A DNA stretch of 61,282 bases, the filler included, from a bacterium (GTDB lineage Bacteria > UBA9089 > CG2-30-40-21 > SBAY01), in NCBI GenBank assembly GCA_040757115.1. It is 4 parts of 4 records of this genome, joined end to end, with 100 filler letters (N's around TTAATTAATTAA, not from the genome) between each part and the next. Parts side by side here need not be neighbours in the genome. Positions count along the whole stretch, not along the records: positions 31,055 to 46,195 come from JBFLYA010000087.1; 3 more parts are not named here. One strand, written 5' to 3'. The stretch's first letter is position 1. Each line of letters begins with the position of its first letter. The notes under the pieces are model-generated. The model ran no database searches. It saw only the letters and a list, made by a program, of their open reading frames with translations, and was not told the origin of the DNA. The position numbers were made by a program, and so were the translations under genes. Below, one piece after another: positions 31,055-44,631 of the stretch.

Positions 31055-32560
31055 TCCCAAAGTCGATACAGATTAACTCACTTGCCGCAAATCCATCACC
31101 TCTAACGGTTACTGCTGTTCCAATAGTGCCTTGCTGTGGACTGACAGCGGTTATCCTGCCAAGCATCCTGAACCAGCTGTATGCCGCACAGTCTTTGCCT
31201 TTAGCACTGACGGTTATTGTGCCACCTCCTGGCTGGGTATCTGCGGTAAATACAGCAGTGAACCGACCCAGTCCATCACTTAAGGTTACCGCTATCGTCG
31301 GGTTAGTCCCAAAGTCGATACAGATTAACTCACTTGCCGCAAAACCATCACCTCTAACGGTTACTGCTGTTCCAATAGTGCCTTGCTGTGGACTGACAGC
31401 GGTTATCCTGCCAAGCATCCTGAACCAGCTGTAGGCAACACAATCTCTCCCTTTCGCACTGACGGTTATTGTGCCACATCCTGGCTGGGTATCTGCGGTA
31501 AATACAGCAGTGAACCGACCCAGTCCATCACTTAAGATTACCGCTATCGTCGGGTTAGTCCCAAAGTCGATACAGATTAACTCACTTGCGGCAAATCCAT
31601 CACCTCTAACGGTTACTGCTGTTCCAATAGTGCCTTGCTGTGGACTGACAGCGGTTATCCTGCCCAGCATCCTGAACCAGCTGTAGGCAACGCAATCCTT
31701 TCCTTTCGCACTCACGGTTATTGTCCCGCATCCTGGCTGTGTATCTGCGGTAAATACGGCGATGAATCTGCCAAGATAATCACTTATGGTCGTTGTTATT
31801 GTTGGATTGGTCCCAAAGTCGATACAGATTAACTCACTTGCCGCAAATCCATCTCCTCTAACGGTTACTGCTGTTCCAATAGTGCCTTGCTGTGGACTGA
31901 CAGCGGTTATCCTGCCCAGCATCCTGAACCAGCTGTAGGCCACACAATCTTTTCCTTTCGCACTCACGGTTATTGTCCCGCATCCTGGCTGTGTATCTGC
32001 AGTAAATACGGCGATGAATCTGCCAAGATAATCACTTATGGTCGTTGTTATTGTTGGATTGGTCCCAAAGTCGATACAGATTAACTCACTTGCCGCAAAT
32101 CCATCACCTCTAACGGTTACTGCTGTTCCAATAGTGCCTTGCTGTGGACTGACAGTGGTTATCCTGCCCAGCATCCTGAACCAGCTGTATGCAACGCAAT
32201 CCTTCCCTTTCGCACTCACGGTTATTGTCCCGCATCCTGGCTGTGTATCTGCGGTAAATACGGTGATGAATCTGCCAAGATAATCACTTATGGTCGTTGT
32301 TATTGTTGGATTGGTCCCAAAGTCGATACAGATTAACTCACTTGCCGCAAATCCATCACCTCTAACGGTTACTGCTGTTCCAATAGTGCCTTGCTGTGGA
32401 CTGACAGCGGTTATCCTGCCCAGCATCCTGAACCAGCTGTAGGCAACACAATCTCTCCCTTTCGCACTCACGGTTATTGTGCCACAACCTGGCTGGGTAT
32501 CGGCAGTAAAGGTTGTGGTAAATGTACCTTGAGCTGTAGATAATACCGTGGCAATTGTTG
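31055..32560 (-). repeat. Intragenic 252-bp near-identical tandem repeats (~6 copies, more divergent copies to ~33430)
   Basis: AAGTCGATACAGATTAACTCAC recurs every 252 bp; the contig breaks inside the array. Confidence 0.9.
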
Positions 32561-35500
32561 GATTCATCCCAAAACCTATGGTTACTTTTTCTGATGCCGC
32601 AAAACCATTGCCTACCACCGTAACCTTAGTTCCAATTAGACCACTTACAGGAGTAACTAAGACAATATTCCCGCGAATAATGAAGGTATCAAGAGCATTT
32701 TGACCAGAGGTTAATCCTCTTGTAACTATTGTAGTTGTCCCATAGCCTTGTGTATCAACCTTAAAGCTGGAGCTAAATGCACCTGAATTATCGGCTGTCG
32801 TTGTAGCAATAGTCAAACTCTTACCAAAATCTATCCCAATTCCTTCATTCAAGTCAAACCCTGCACCTGCTATTTTAACAATACTGCCTACCGTCCCCAT
32901 TGCAGGTGAGACTAAGGTTATTCCTGGCTTGAGTGTAATCACAAAGTAAGAATAACATACCTCATTACTGTCTATCCCTCTAACTAAAATAGTAGTCGTC
33001 CCTGCTGATTGTACATCAACAGTAAATATAGTAGAAAAACTGCCCACACCACTTGAAACACAGTCAGCAATAGTCTTCGTCGTACCAAAATCTACTACTA
33101 TATCTTCTATTGCTGAATAACCATTGCCTGAAATTGTAACATTAGTCCCCCTTAGACCACTGGTAGGTGAAACCAAAACAATATTCCCTCGAATGAAGAA
33201 GGAAGCACAAGCACTAAAAACAGACCCTGTAGCACTAATGGTATAAATACCAAAAGGCTGGGTCTGGACTGTAAAATTACACCCAAAGCTTCCAAAGGCA
33301 TCAGTAGTAGCCATAGCAATACTCATAATTGTGCCAAAATCGATACGGATTAATTCTGTCTGAAGATACCCTTCACCTTTTATTGTAACTTTAGTTCCAA
33401 CAGTACCAGAGTGAGGTGAAACTAAAGTTATATTAGCAGTCACTGCTACTTGTTCAGCAGACCACTGACTTGCAGCAAGCCCGGTATCAATTGCCTGTAC
33501 AGCCCAGTAATAAGTCCCGGGTGGCAGATTTAAAGTAAGTGACTTTTGTTTGAGCAAATAATTACCAAACAGTGGTGAACCATATTTACCTGCGACTACA
33601 TCTTCTTTACCAGGTGCAGTGCCTACTCGAATATTATAATACAACCCTTTTTCAGTAGTCTCTTTATCACTACCTGCATTCCAACTGAATGTAAGCTTGC
33701 CATTTGAATAACTTGAACTGAATTGAGTAGGTGGAGACGGTAAATTATTAGATTTAACTCCATAGTTTTTATATAGATTAGAAACTGCATAAAGACCTGT
33801 TGACAAAGTAATATCTTTATTACCTTCTGTACGCAATAAATCCAATAAATCCATTATTTCTTTAGGAGAAATGATAAGTCCTGTTAATACAAGGTCAAGA
33901 TTTCCATCACAATCTATATCTCCCCAGGCAATAGAACTTGTCATTACCCCTATTAAATTTTGAAAGGTATCCTCTATTAACTTCCCAGATGCATTCTTGT
34001 AGATTTTTGAAATATGTTCCTTTGACTGAGTAAGTCCTGTTACTGCCAAATCTAAATCACCATCATTATCGTAATCACCCCAGGCAATGGAACTTGCACC
34101 TACACCTGGTAATTTTTGGTTTATATCTTCTATTAATTTTCCAGATTCATTTTTATAGATTTTAGAAATATGTTCTGTCAAGATAGTTCTTCCTGTCAAT
34201 ACTAAGTCTAAATCACCATCATTATCATAATCACCCCAGGCAATAAAACTACCTTGTACTCCTATTAAATCTTGAGAGGTATCCTCTATTAACTTCCCTG
34301 ATTCATTCTTATATATTTTAGAAATATTGTTAAACCAGTTGTACCCAGTTAAAGCCAAATCTAAATCACCATCATTATCATAATCACCCCAGGCAATAGA
34401 ACTGTTTATTACCTCTATTAAATGTTGAGAGGTATCCTCTATTAACCTCCCAGATTCATTCTTATATATTTTAGAAATAATCCCATTTGAATAATTCCAT
34501 CCTGTTAATGCCAGATCCAGGTCACCATCATTATCATAGTCTCCCCACGCAATAGAACTGTTTGTTACCCCTATTAAATGTTGAGAGGTATCCTCTATTA
34601 ACCTCCCAGATTCATTCTTATATATTTTAGAAATAATCCCATTTGAATAATTCCATCCTGTTAATGCCAGATCCAGGTCACCATCATTATCATAGTCTCC
34701 CCACGCAATAGAACTATCTTCTACTCCTATTAAATCTTGAGAAGGATCTTCTATTAACTTCCCAGATTCATTCTTATAGATTTTTGAAATACCTTCTCCT
34801 GATTCAAGACATCCTGTTAAAGCTAAATCTAAATCGCCATCATTATCATAATCTCCCCAAGCAACAGAACCAACATAGACATCTACTAAGTCCATTTTAG
34901 CATCAATCAGAAGATTCTCAACTATATGTATCTTAAAATTCTTTATTTCCTCTGCATTACCTGCATTATCCACTGCTTGATAGTAAATTGTATGTTCACC
35001 CGGCCTCAGACTAAAAGGCTCAATATAGATAATATCAGGTTCTGGGTTATCTATCCCATATTTTATCTTCGCTACTCCTGAAATTACCTCACCAGTTGTC
35101 CCCATCGGGTCTATAGCAGTCAAGGAAAAGGTAGAACTGGATAATGTATATGAACCATTATATACTATTCCATTTAGTTCAATGGTTGTTACAGGTGGAG
35201 TAGTATCTTTTTTCACTAAGGCGGCATAATCTGAGGTATGCTCTATTTTTGCCTCAATAGTCTTATTTTGCCTATCCACTATCCCACCAATATATTCTGG
35301 TACCCCATGGTCGCTGAGATAGAATATCCCTAATTGCTCAACCTTAATATTCTGCTCTTCATTTACTCCATAATTTTGACTAACAATCTCGCCTGTCTCT
35401 ATCTTTACTCCTTCTATTTCTGGGTCAGCATCCATTTGAACGCCGATTATGCCATCATAAGTCTGGTCGGTCTCGATGAGTTCATTATTATTAAAATCCA

Positions 35501-38500
35501 GATAAGATAATCTAAGTGTTGCCGCAGGTGAAAATTTCAGGCCTTTTGGTGCAACATTATAGATTTTATCTAAATAATCAAAGAATGGTTCTAATTCTGG
35601 TGTTGAGGTAGCGGGTGTAATCTGGATTGTCGAAGTAGCCCAGTTAATCTCCTGTAAAATCTGTGGCGGAATGACTAATTCGATTGACTTGATGGATGTA
35701 TCTGAACCAATATCCCCAATTACTGTGCCGCCTATTTCTGCCAAAATAGGCCGTTGATAGCTAACCTCTTTTACTGATTTTGTGGCATTGCCAGCAATGT
35801 CTAAAGAAGTCAATTCGACTATGTATTTACCCGCATTTAGATTAAGTGGTGATTGGTAGGTAATTTTATCAACCATTTTCGTCCAATTACGCTTTTCTAT
35901 ATCTGCCGACCCATCTCCCCATGTCCCAAACTCTTGTTGAGGTGGTAATGGATTTAATCCAGCAGTCCCTATCAAATTCTCCTGGCTATCATAGACACAG
36001 AGTAAATAGCCTTTAATATATCCATCTAATGTCATATCAAGGTCAAAGATGGGGTTATCCGGTGGGGTGTCTATTTCACAAACCCCCTTTATCTTTACAG
36101 GTAGAGTATCAGTAGCTAATGTTACCTGGCTATGGGTGGCATATTCTAATTTATTATTGTAATTAACATAATCGTAATCTCCGGTTGGAAACAAGCCGGC
36201 ACTGGCAATAGATGCCTCCCGCCTACCCGAGCCATCTCCTTTGCCTGGCGGTATATCCCTGCCATCCCAGATATAAGCATTGGAATTACAGGTATTCGTC
36301 GCCATCTCTATAAATTCCATACATTTTATTGGAAATACCCAGGCGAAGCGTGTAAGATTACCACTGACTATATCCTGACTCCCATAGATAGGAACCGTAG
36401 GAAAGATAACCTTCTTCTCTATTTGAATAATGGGGTTTGAGTTAGTTACCGGAATTGGTGGTGTGCTCCGATATGTTGGAGAACCATAATCTATTATCGG
36501 TGGGAGTGGAGGTGTAGTAATCTGGATAAATCTATTCTCTTTTATCCCATCCCAGAAGACTACATTACCATCAACATCCTTTAGTTTAATCTTTAAGGTA
36601 TATCTGCCGGATAACACCATAAACCCATAAATATTCCTTCCATCCCAGCCATATTGATAGGTAATTTCATGGTTATTACCCGAAGTAGTTGGTGACCCTA
36701 ATATTTGTGTCAACTTCCCCTCATCATTAACTACTATTGCCTCAAGCTCTGTGGCTACCTCCGAGAGAAAGGAAAAATTAAGCATTGGGTTAGTCTGAAA
36801 ATCAAATTCTAAAGGAAGGGTTAAGGAATCTATCTTTGGTAGCCCTTTCTTAAGTATCTGGCTATAGGCAAGTTTTGATTCTTTACTTGCCTCATCTACC
36901 CCTTTTAGACTAAGGTAGTAGGCAGTATAAGTCCCTGAGTCTGGCAACTCAATATTATCCTTATCTTTGCCAGACCAGATAACCTCATTTTCACCTAAAT
37001 GGACCTCCTCTGTCCAATCCCATACAGGACCGTAGGGTGGGGTATCTTGAAAGAAACTCTCGATATCAGGATACTCAAGAGGATTCACCTGGTATATATT
37101 TATCGTCACCATCCCTGCCTCTGAAATATTGTAGCCAATGACATTAGTCTTGATATTTTCTGCAAGAGTAATCTCAGGTCCTGTTGTATCCACACGCACT
37201 GCCCTGATTTGTCTATTCTGATGCTCTAATTTATCGGTGACGGTTAATTCTAAGGTATAGATACCGCCATCGACTAAATTTGAGGTATTCCAGTTGGTCA
37301 AAGTGCCATTTATGACTGAAGTATCTTTTGTAATAATCTCATACCAGGTAGGGTTAGGATTATGTTCATTCAGTATCCCCTGGCAATATTTGAGTTTAAA
37401 CTCCTTAAAATTCTTATCCCAGGCAGTGCCGCAGATATCCACTTCCGGTAGGGCTATGGCTTGTGAGAAACCTGGCTGGGTAATTATGGCGGTCGGATTG
37501 GTATTGTCTATCTCGATTATCTTAGTCATCACTGAGCTATGATTAACCAGGTCAGTGGCAGTCAATCTTAAGGTATATGTGCCATCGGGTAGTGGTAAGG
37601 TATTCCAGGTAGCTAAAGTGCCCATATCTTTTTGCGCCAGGGTAGAACTGACAATCAGCTTCCAATCTAACGCCGGATTTATCCCTTGAGCATATTCGAG
37701 GGTATAAGTACCAAAATGCTTATCCCATGTTCTACCAGAAATAGTGATAGTGCCTGTAAGGAGTTGGTAGCCGGCATCATTATAGACAGTCCCGGCAAAG
37801 ATATCACTCGTTAGCGAACCTATCTCGACTACTGGTGGTTCTGTATCTATCTCTACATTAACATTGACCGGTTTTGGTTCTGAAATATTACCATAACTAT
37901 CATCTATCTTTAGCTCCACAATCTTATACTCCCCATCTTTTAGACCTGGTAGAATAAGGTAATTAAACCGATATGTTTCAAAGTTACCTACATCGGCTCT
38001 TTTAGTTCCTTGGCCAATATAGATAGGCAGGATTGTTTGAGCTGGAGTGTTGAGATTAGAAGTCCCGGTTAATTTATTACTGCCATCAAGCAAATCCACA
38101 TCAAAATAGATATAATCCCCATCCCCTAAAATAGGATTTGGGGTAGAAGAAGATATTCCTATCTTATTCACCAACGGGGCTAAGGTATCCTTACCCATAA
38201 CCTTAATCTTTAATACTCCAGTTTCAGTCCATGTCCCAAAGTCATAAGGTGTCCCATTTACATCTGTAACCCTATCTGTAATGGCAATATTAAATGGAAT
38301 TTCAGTATTAGGTGGGCAATCAGATGAAATTAAGGTAAGGGCATCCTTCTTAGAATATCCCTGTTTATAAATACCCGTTAAATCTGTAAAATCAGTCGCT
38401 GTATCATCTATTATTCTCTTCACATAAAAGCTATCACTACTCAATTTTCCCTTAAGCTTATGCGAATAATTTGGACAATCCTCATAAATCTGCCTGATAT

Positions 38501-40817
38501 TGGTATAGCCAATCTGAAGTAAATATACCTCAGTAGAAACAAGTTCACCTGCATCTACATTACCATTATTATTTTTATAGAAATCATCTTCTGTTGTAAC
38601 ACCTTTATCAAATTTAAGTCTTAAATCCATACCTACCTTATCAACTATAAGTGAATCTTCATAATTTATACCATACTCATCGATAATATCTAATTTAAAA
38701 TTTAATATTTGATTAAAAGGGCAATCTTCATCTACTTTAATTATATATCCTGGACTATTTTCTCCTTCACCACCGTATGGCTCCATCTTTGAGAATGAAG
38801 TTTGATTATTTACAATTCCAGTATATTTTTCTGTCATAGCATCTTTAGTAGTAATAGTTGCTATTGTTTCCCCGAGGTGTAATAACATACTACCGTAATT
38901 CTTGAGGATAGTTTGTAGTACTGGTGTTTCACCTGCATCTACATCTCCATCTCCATTACCCCAAAATTCCCAGCTTCTTAATGATTGTGGTGCTTTATCA
39001 GGTAACTCTTTAACTTTAAACTCGATAGATTTATCTGGAATGGGGTCTTGGGGATAATGACTTTTATAGCGTACCTTAGCCGTATGAACATATAAATTGA
39101 ATCTATATGAGGTATCAACAGAAGGATTGGTAATAATCACTACCATCCTCCCATAGTCAATTCCTAATCCTTTTATAATTATCTCTCCTTTTTCCTTTGC
39201 CTCATTTTTAAATAAAATTTGACTCTCAATGAATTCATATATCGTTCGTTTTATAACACTTCCCTTTATATTTAATCCTTCCAGTTTAATTTTAATCATC
39301 TGAGCATAGTTATCTGAAACAGGGATTTTTGGGTCTATCAAGAACTCATAATATACCTCAGTACTTGTACCCAGAGTGATATTATTTAAGTTAAAAGGGT
39401 ATAAGTCCGTACTATAGGCAATGTTAAATTTATAATCTGTATTTTTACCTGGTTCATAATTACTCCAGGAGCCACTATCAGTGCGAGTCCCCATAGGAAG
39501 TGTTGTATCTAATCTATTTTCTGCTAAATCTTTGGCATCAATACTCAAAGTATATTCACCAATAGTCATTTCTTTAGGTATCTGGCAGATACCTACCCAG
39601 GTATCATTTAAAAAATCACTTTTTGACCAGGGTGTATCAATTGGTGTTACCGAATATTGAGCATAAGGTGAGGTAAGACCGAAGGTAACAGTTGGAGTAA
39701 TACATGTCTTCATACTTTCTGAAAATTGGATAACAAATTTAGTCGCACCTGACCCTACAGGATAGCGGTAATTAGAATCATTTGAATCATACAATAACTG
39801 CATCCCTTGAAGTATCTTTACTCGCTTAACCATCGGGGCAAAGTTATCTAAAATAACATCCCTGGTCTGATTAGCAGAATTCGATCGAATATCCTCAGCT
39901 ATTACCTTTATCGTATAGCTACCATCCGGATACATTGCCTCATAATTCGTTTGGGCATCATTATAGGTAGCCGGGTCATTATCTATATCTCCATTCTTAT
40001 CCCATTTAGTATTCCAATACTTATTTGCCGTAGGAGTCCCTGCGGCAAATGGGTCATTGGTAACCCAGTAATAGAAGCCAGTAGAGCTTTGCCCATCGTA
40101 GATAAGCTCAAAATTATCGTTATCAGGTTTAGAATCAAATTTAATATATTCTATCTTATTGCCAATGGTACTTCCATCCTGTAAGAACTCAGCATAGATT
40201 TTATAAACAGAGCATCTATGTCCTGCACTATTACCATTTGAATCAGTCCGAGGGTCAAAAGCATCTGCCTTTATATCTATCCGATTCCAGAGGATATTGC
40301 CAGTAATTTGAGTATTAGTTCTATCTCGGTATAAAGTAAAACTGGTCACCGTAGGATTGGCATTGTCAGTAAATGGACTTAACCCATTACTCCTTAATGG
40401 ATTATAGTCACCATCATCTTCTTCAAAGTGTAAGTGAGGATGGACTAAAACATTGCCAATAACGCCCAAAAGAGTCTGACCTGCAATTACCGGATCGTTT
40501 ACATGGAGATTATTCTCAGGATCCATATGGCGATATGTATATGCTCTACCATCATCCCCATTAACCACAACTCGTCCATTTCCACCTTCTACAATCTCTC
40601 CGATTATTCCACTTACAGCAGGATATACATTAGTCCCTGCACCTTCTCCTATATCTACACCAGCGTGGAAATGAAGTGGATCGGTTCTATACTCTCCAAG
40701 TGTACCTGTAATAGGATGTTGAGTAGTAGTTCCTGGTACTGGCCAGATATAACCCAATACTATATGAGGAGTAAGAATAAATAGGCTACTTAAAAGAAAA
40801 AAGGTCTTTTTTATCAT
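31055..40817 (-). CDS. Giant secreted multidomain protein (>3250 aa, truncated at contig end): M23 peptidase, Ig/FlgD-like domains, FG-GAP propeller, 84-aa tandem Ig/IPT-like repeats
   Basis: Signal peptide; HFHAGVD, YRH, HPHLHF (M23); 7x WGD(Y/I)D(N/C)DG(D/N)LDL; 252-bp repeats. Confidence 0.85.
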
Positions 40818-40819
40818 TT

Positions 40820-41860
40820 TTATTCCTCTCTTGATATAGATTTTATCAGAGTACCATTTTTATCAAACCAGTACTCTTTAACTATCTTAATTCGTGCATT
40901 TGTTTCCTTAATATATGAATTTGCTAATTTACCTATGTAAAATATAATAAAATTATCCTCTGTAATACATTTAAGTCTACACATATAGGCATTTTTTCCT
41001 TCAACAATATTCTCTTTTCTCCATAGTTCATTTCCCTTATCATCCATTACAATCAAATGCTTTTTCTCTCTCTCCCGGAATTTTTTAGCTTCCACTTTCC
41101 TGTCAATGGTTGAAACAACTATGGCACAGAAACTCCCATCCTTGGAAAACGTTATATCCGCCCCTCCACCGTCAATCCTTATCCCTCCAACCCGTTCTAT
41201 CCTTTTACTCACCCCATTATCAAAAAATATGTCTAGCGGCGCTTCTCCCCACTCAGAATCAGAACAAAAAACATATTTGCCATTAGATGAAACCTTAACA
41301 TAGGGAGGATATGAAAAAAGACCAACTTTGGGTTTCCACAATACATCCCCTTCTGTATTTATTACTATGCAGTCTGTAGATATTCCATAGGGTGGTTTAT
41401 CAGACGGTTTTGCCGATATTCTAGTAGTAGTTACAACAATATACTTTCTGTTTTCAGAAATTTTTACCTCTGCCGCACTTTGCTTTCCAAGAATCCATCT
41501 TTGGACAGGTATTTCCTTCTTTAACCTTCCTTTTTCATCCAAAAATTTAATTGATTTTGCTCTCCCTTGAGCATTTTCATCTTCTACAAATATCACCTTT
41601 GGATACTGCACCTTCACTGTCTCTGTTACCTTCTTCTTCTCCAACCCCTTCATCCCCAAAGCCCTTGCCTCTTCTACAGTCATCTCTGTTTCACCAAAGA
41701 TAACATCAGCAATAGGTTCATCAGATTTGTATTCAAGGACCAATGCTGGTTCTATAGTCTCTGTGCCGACGACTGTTTCTGTTCCCTGGGTTTGGGCAAA
41801 TCCCTTGCTTGCCAACAATCCCAAAACCACCCCTAAGATTAGTGCCTTTTTAATAGACAT
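40820..41860 (-). CDS. Secreted hypothetical protein (probable beta-propeller)
   Basis: Signal peptide; repeated GxxLW / SxxGxY motifs; RBS GGAGGT; stop lies 2 bp before the giant gene's start. Confidence 0.7.
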   Translation of the reverse strand: MSIKKALILGVVLGLLASKGFAQTQGTETVVGTETIEPALVLEYKSDEPIADVIFGETEMTVEEARALGMKGLEKKKVTETVKVQYPKVIFVEDENAQGRAKSIKFLDEKGRLKKEIPVQRWILGKQSAAEVKISENRKYIVVTTTRISAKPSDKPPYGISTDCIVINTEGDVLWKPKVGLFSYPPYVKVSSNGKYVFCSDSEWGEAPLDIFFDNGVSKRIERVGGIRIDGGGADITFSKDGSFCAIVVSTIDRKVEAKKFREREKKHLIVMDDKGNELWRKENIVEGKNAYMCRLKCITEDNFIIFYIGKLANSYIKETNARIKIVKEYWFDKNGTLIKSISREE

Positions 41861-41888
41861 TTCACATTACCTCCTTTGAGTTTTATTT

Positions 41889-43283
41889 TTATATTTTAAT
41901 AATTTTTGGTGTTAAAGTAATAACTATTTCTCTTGTTGTATCTTGTGATATTTTTCGTTTAAAAAAATAACCTATTATGGGAATACTACCTATTATTGGT
42001 ACTTTCTTTTCTGTGAATACCTTATCTTCTTTCATAAGTCCGCTTATAAAGAACGGTTGACCATCTTTAAGTATTACAGTCGTATTGGTTTTCCGAGAAG
42101 TGATGATAGGTTGATTTTGATTTGTAAAACCATTTAAGGTATTATAATCAGTATTAATGGTTAATTTAATAAGGCCAGTTGTAGTTATTTGTGGAGTTAT
42201 TTGAAGGGTTAATCCAACATCTTTTGATGTCTCTATCTTTTCATAAGTAGATTGTGGAATATAATATATCTTATCAGTAAAGTCCAACTCTCCTGTTTGG
42301 TTGTTTAAGATTGAGATTCTTGGGGTAGCCTTGATTTTGGCAGAACCTTTACTAACTAATAGATTAATAAAATCAGATAAAGATAATGGAACAGAAATAT
42401 TTCTAATATTTATATCAAAATTTTTTCTCAATGTATCCTCCCACCTTTCATAAATATTATTATATTCCTTACGTTTTGAATATTCATTCCATGACTCCTG
42501 ATAATACCTTCCACTTGTATTAAAACTTAAGAATTCAAAGATATGGTTCCAATCTATTCCTACTTTCTTGCCTTTAGCATATATAACTTCCATGACTGTA
42601 ACTCCAATTTCCACTTGCTCAGATAGAATATCAACATTTTTAATAATCTCTTTAATCTCAATAATTTTACTTGGTATATCAGAAATCATAATCGTATTTA
42701 ATGTATTGTCACAGATTACCTTACCTTTACTTGATAATCGTTGATTGATAAATGGTATTACTGAAGTTACAGAGATATTTTGAAATCTATAAAAGTAATT
42801 CTCAATACCATCATTCCCTGAAGTTCTTTGTTTATCGAGTTGCTTTAAAGCCTCAATTATCGAATTTACTTTTGATGGGAGATCAGTAATCAGGACAGCC
42901 CGCTGGTCCTTTAAAACTGCAAAAGAACCATCATCGCTTAATGAGGATGAGATAAAATCTACCAATTCCTCAGCAGAAATATTTTGGAATTTATAAATAT
43001 TTGAAATAGTTAAATCATCCTGGTCATTGATAATGCGAAGGTTTATATCATCTTTTGAATTTTTTATCTCTAATTGAATAGGAATCTCTTCTGAATAAAC
43101 CATAGTAGCCCATAATGTATCAGCAAGCACTCCTATTGCCAGCAAGCAAACCAATCCTAAACTCATCTTACACCTAACCATAATTTTATCCTGGCAATCT
43201 GTGGCAATCTGCGTCCTATTATTTTTAACCATAATTCTACCACCTACTAAAGATTTTTTAAACGATTGTTTTAGGTTAAACAT
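41889..43283 (-). CDS. Type II secretion/PilQ-type secretin
   Basis: N3-like repeats, QVEIGVTVMEV, ATPRISILNNQ, KVPIIGSIPIIGYFF; start uncertain. Confidence 0.85.
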   Translation of the reverse strand: MFNLKQSFKKSLVGGRIMVKNNRTQIATDCQDKIMVRCKMSLGLVCLLAIGVLADTLWATMVYSEEIPIQLEIKNSKDDINLRIINDQDDLTISNIYKFQNISAEELVDFISSSLSDDGSFAVLKDQRAVLITDLPSKVNSIIEALKQLDKQRTSGNDGIENYFYRFQNISVTSVIPFINQRLSSKGKVICDNTLNTIMISDIPSKIIEIKEIIKNVDILSEQVEIGVTVMEVIYAKGKKVGIDWNHIFEFLSFNTSGRYYQESWNEYSKRKEYNNIYERWEDTLRKNFDINIRNISVPLSLSDFINLLVSKGSAKIKATPRISILNNQTGELDFTDKIYYIPQSTYEKIETSKDVGLTLQITPQITTTGLIKLTINTDYNTLNGFTNQNQPIITSRKTNTTVILKDGQPFFISGLMKEDKVFTEKKVPIIGSIPIIGYFFKRKISQDTTREIVITLTPKIIKI

Positions 43284-43305
43284 TTTAAATCAACCTCCTT
43301 ATTTT

Positions 43306-43405
43306 ATTGGTAATTGGTTAAATGGTAACTGGTTAAATAATTACCAGTTACCAATTACCAATTACCAGTTGCCAGTTACCAATTACCAGTTGCCACTCAC
43401 CAATC
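43306..43405. repeat. Heptamer-based palindrome (TGGTAA(T/C) / (A/G)TTACCA tract)
   Basis: ATTGGTAATTGGTTAAATGGTAACTGG followed by tandem TTACCAA/TTACCAG units. Confidence 0.6.
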
Positions 43406-43581
43406 AATTGAAATTCATAGAAATTCATTGTTTTTTTGCCACCAATTTCTACAAATTTCTATATATTTCCTACCCGGATTACACGGATTAATTTGCTTCG
43501 CAACATTCTTTGAATTCGGATTTTTTTATTTTCTTTATCCGTTTCATCCGCTAAATCCGATTACTATAACTTTTCTAACCT

Positions 43582-44163
43582 TCACTGATAATATGGTCGT
43601 ACCTCGACAATCTTGCCAAACTGAGCACCATTAATCCGTAAGTATGCATAATAATGATTAAAAATAGATACATCATCACCATCATCATTTTTACCATCCC
43701 AGTATACTTTATATTTTCCTTTTGTTAAACTCCCAGAATATAATCTACGGATTAAATCCCCTCCCATATAAGGACTAAAATGTATTCTAATTTCTATATA
43801 ACTATCTGCGTTTAATTTAACTATTACTTCATTTTTGCCTCCTTCACCTGCAAACCATGCGCTATAGAAATCATTTTGTGTAGGAAAATTTAAACTTACC
43901 AGTGCGTACTTATCCCCAAACGAATCTGCTTCTGCTTCGACATAGTTTTCAGCAGGATGTGGTGTAGAGAGTAGCTCTGTCCATGTTTGCGAGCCGACAT
44001 CAAATTTAAAGATTTTAAGATTATTTTCGTTTTTACCTGCTACCTCCTGGTCAGTGTAGGGAATAGCAATCTTTACTGTTTGAGTGGCATTAACATTATT
44101 TGATATTACCAGGCTGCAAATTCCCGTTAGCAAAATTTCTAAAAAAAATCTTTTTTTAATCAT
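43582..44163 (-). CDS. Secreted protein with FlgD-like Ig domain
   Basis: Signal peptide; ENNLKIFKFD..W motif; IRRL...YWDGKNDDG; RBS GGAGGT. Confidence 0.7.
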   Translation of the reverse strand: MIKKRFFLEILLTGICSLVISNNVNATQTVKIAIPYTDQEVAGKNENNLKIFKFDVGSQTWTELLSTPHPAENYVEAEADSFGDKYALVSLNFPTQNDFYSAWFAGEGGKNEVIVKLNADSYIEIRIHFSPYMGGDLIRRLYSGSLTKGKYKVYWDGKNDDGDDVSIFNHYYAYLRINGAQFGKIVEVRPYYQ

Positions 44164-44249
44164 CTTTAAATTTACCTCCATGATTTTCATTTTATTTAAT
44201 TTAGTGTTTTTAATATATCATATATTTCTGATTATTGTCAACAATTTTT

Positions 44250-44486
44250 GTAAGCGTTCAGGTGGTGTAACAAAAGGAGATGTGGAGATTAAGGAGATAG
44301 GGAGATATTATTAAAAAAATTGAAATTAGTAGAAACTAATAGAAATTTATGGGAATTTGTTGTTTCCCACAATCAATTTCTACCTATTTCTATAAATTTC
44401 AATCTATTTCTATTATCTTATCTCCATATCGCCCTTATCTCCTTATCCCCTTTCTTACACTTTTGAGATATAGCCTGAACGGTTAC
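44250..44486. mobile_element. Miniature element, family A (237 bp)
   Basis: GTAAGCGTTCAGG...CCTGAACGGTTAC; flanks CAATTTTT / CATTTTTT (7 of 8 match). Confidence 0.85.
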
Positions 44487-44631
44487 CATTTTTTTAATGG
44501 GACGCAGATTTTCACAGATGGAGACAGATGAATTATTTCCTCAAATCTGCGTCCATCTGTGTCTCCAAAAAGATTAATCTGCATAAATCCTAATATATCA
44601 CAGAACCTATCATTAGTCAACAAAAATATTT

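Noticed and set aside
31055-34870. Possible CRISPR or guide-RNA array
   Set aside because: Repeats are 252-bp and 141-bp in-frame coding units without spacers; no cas genes in the window.
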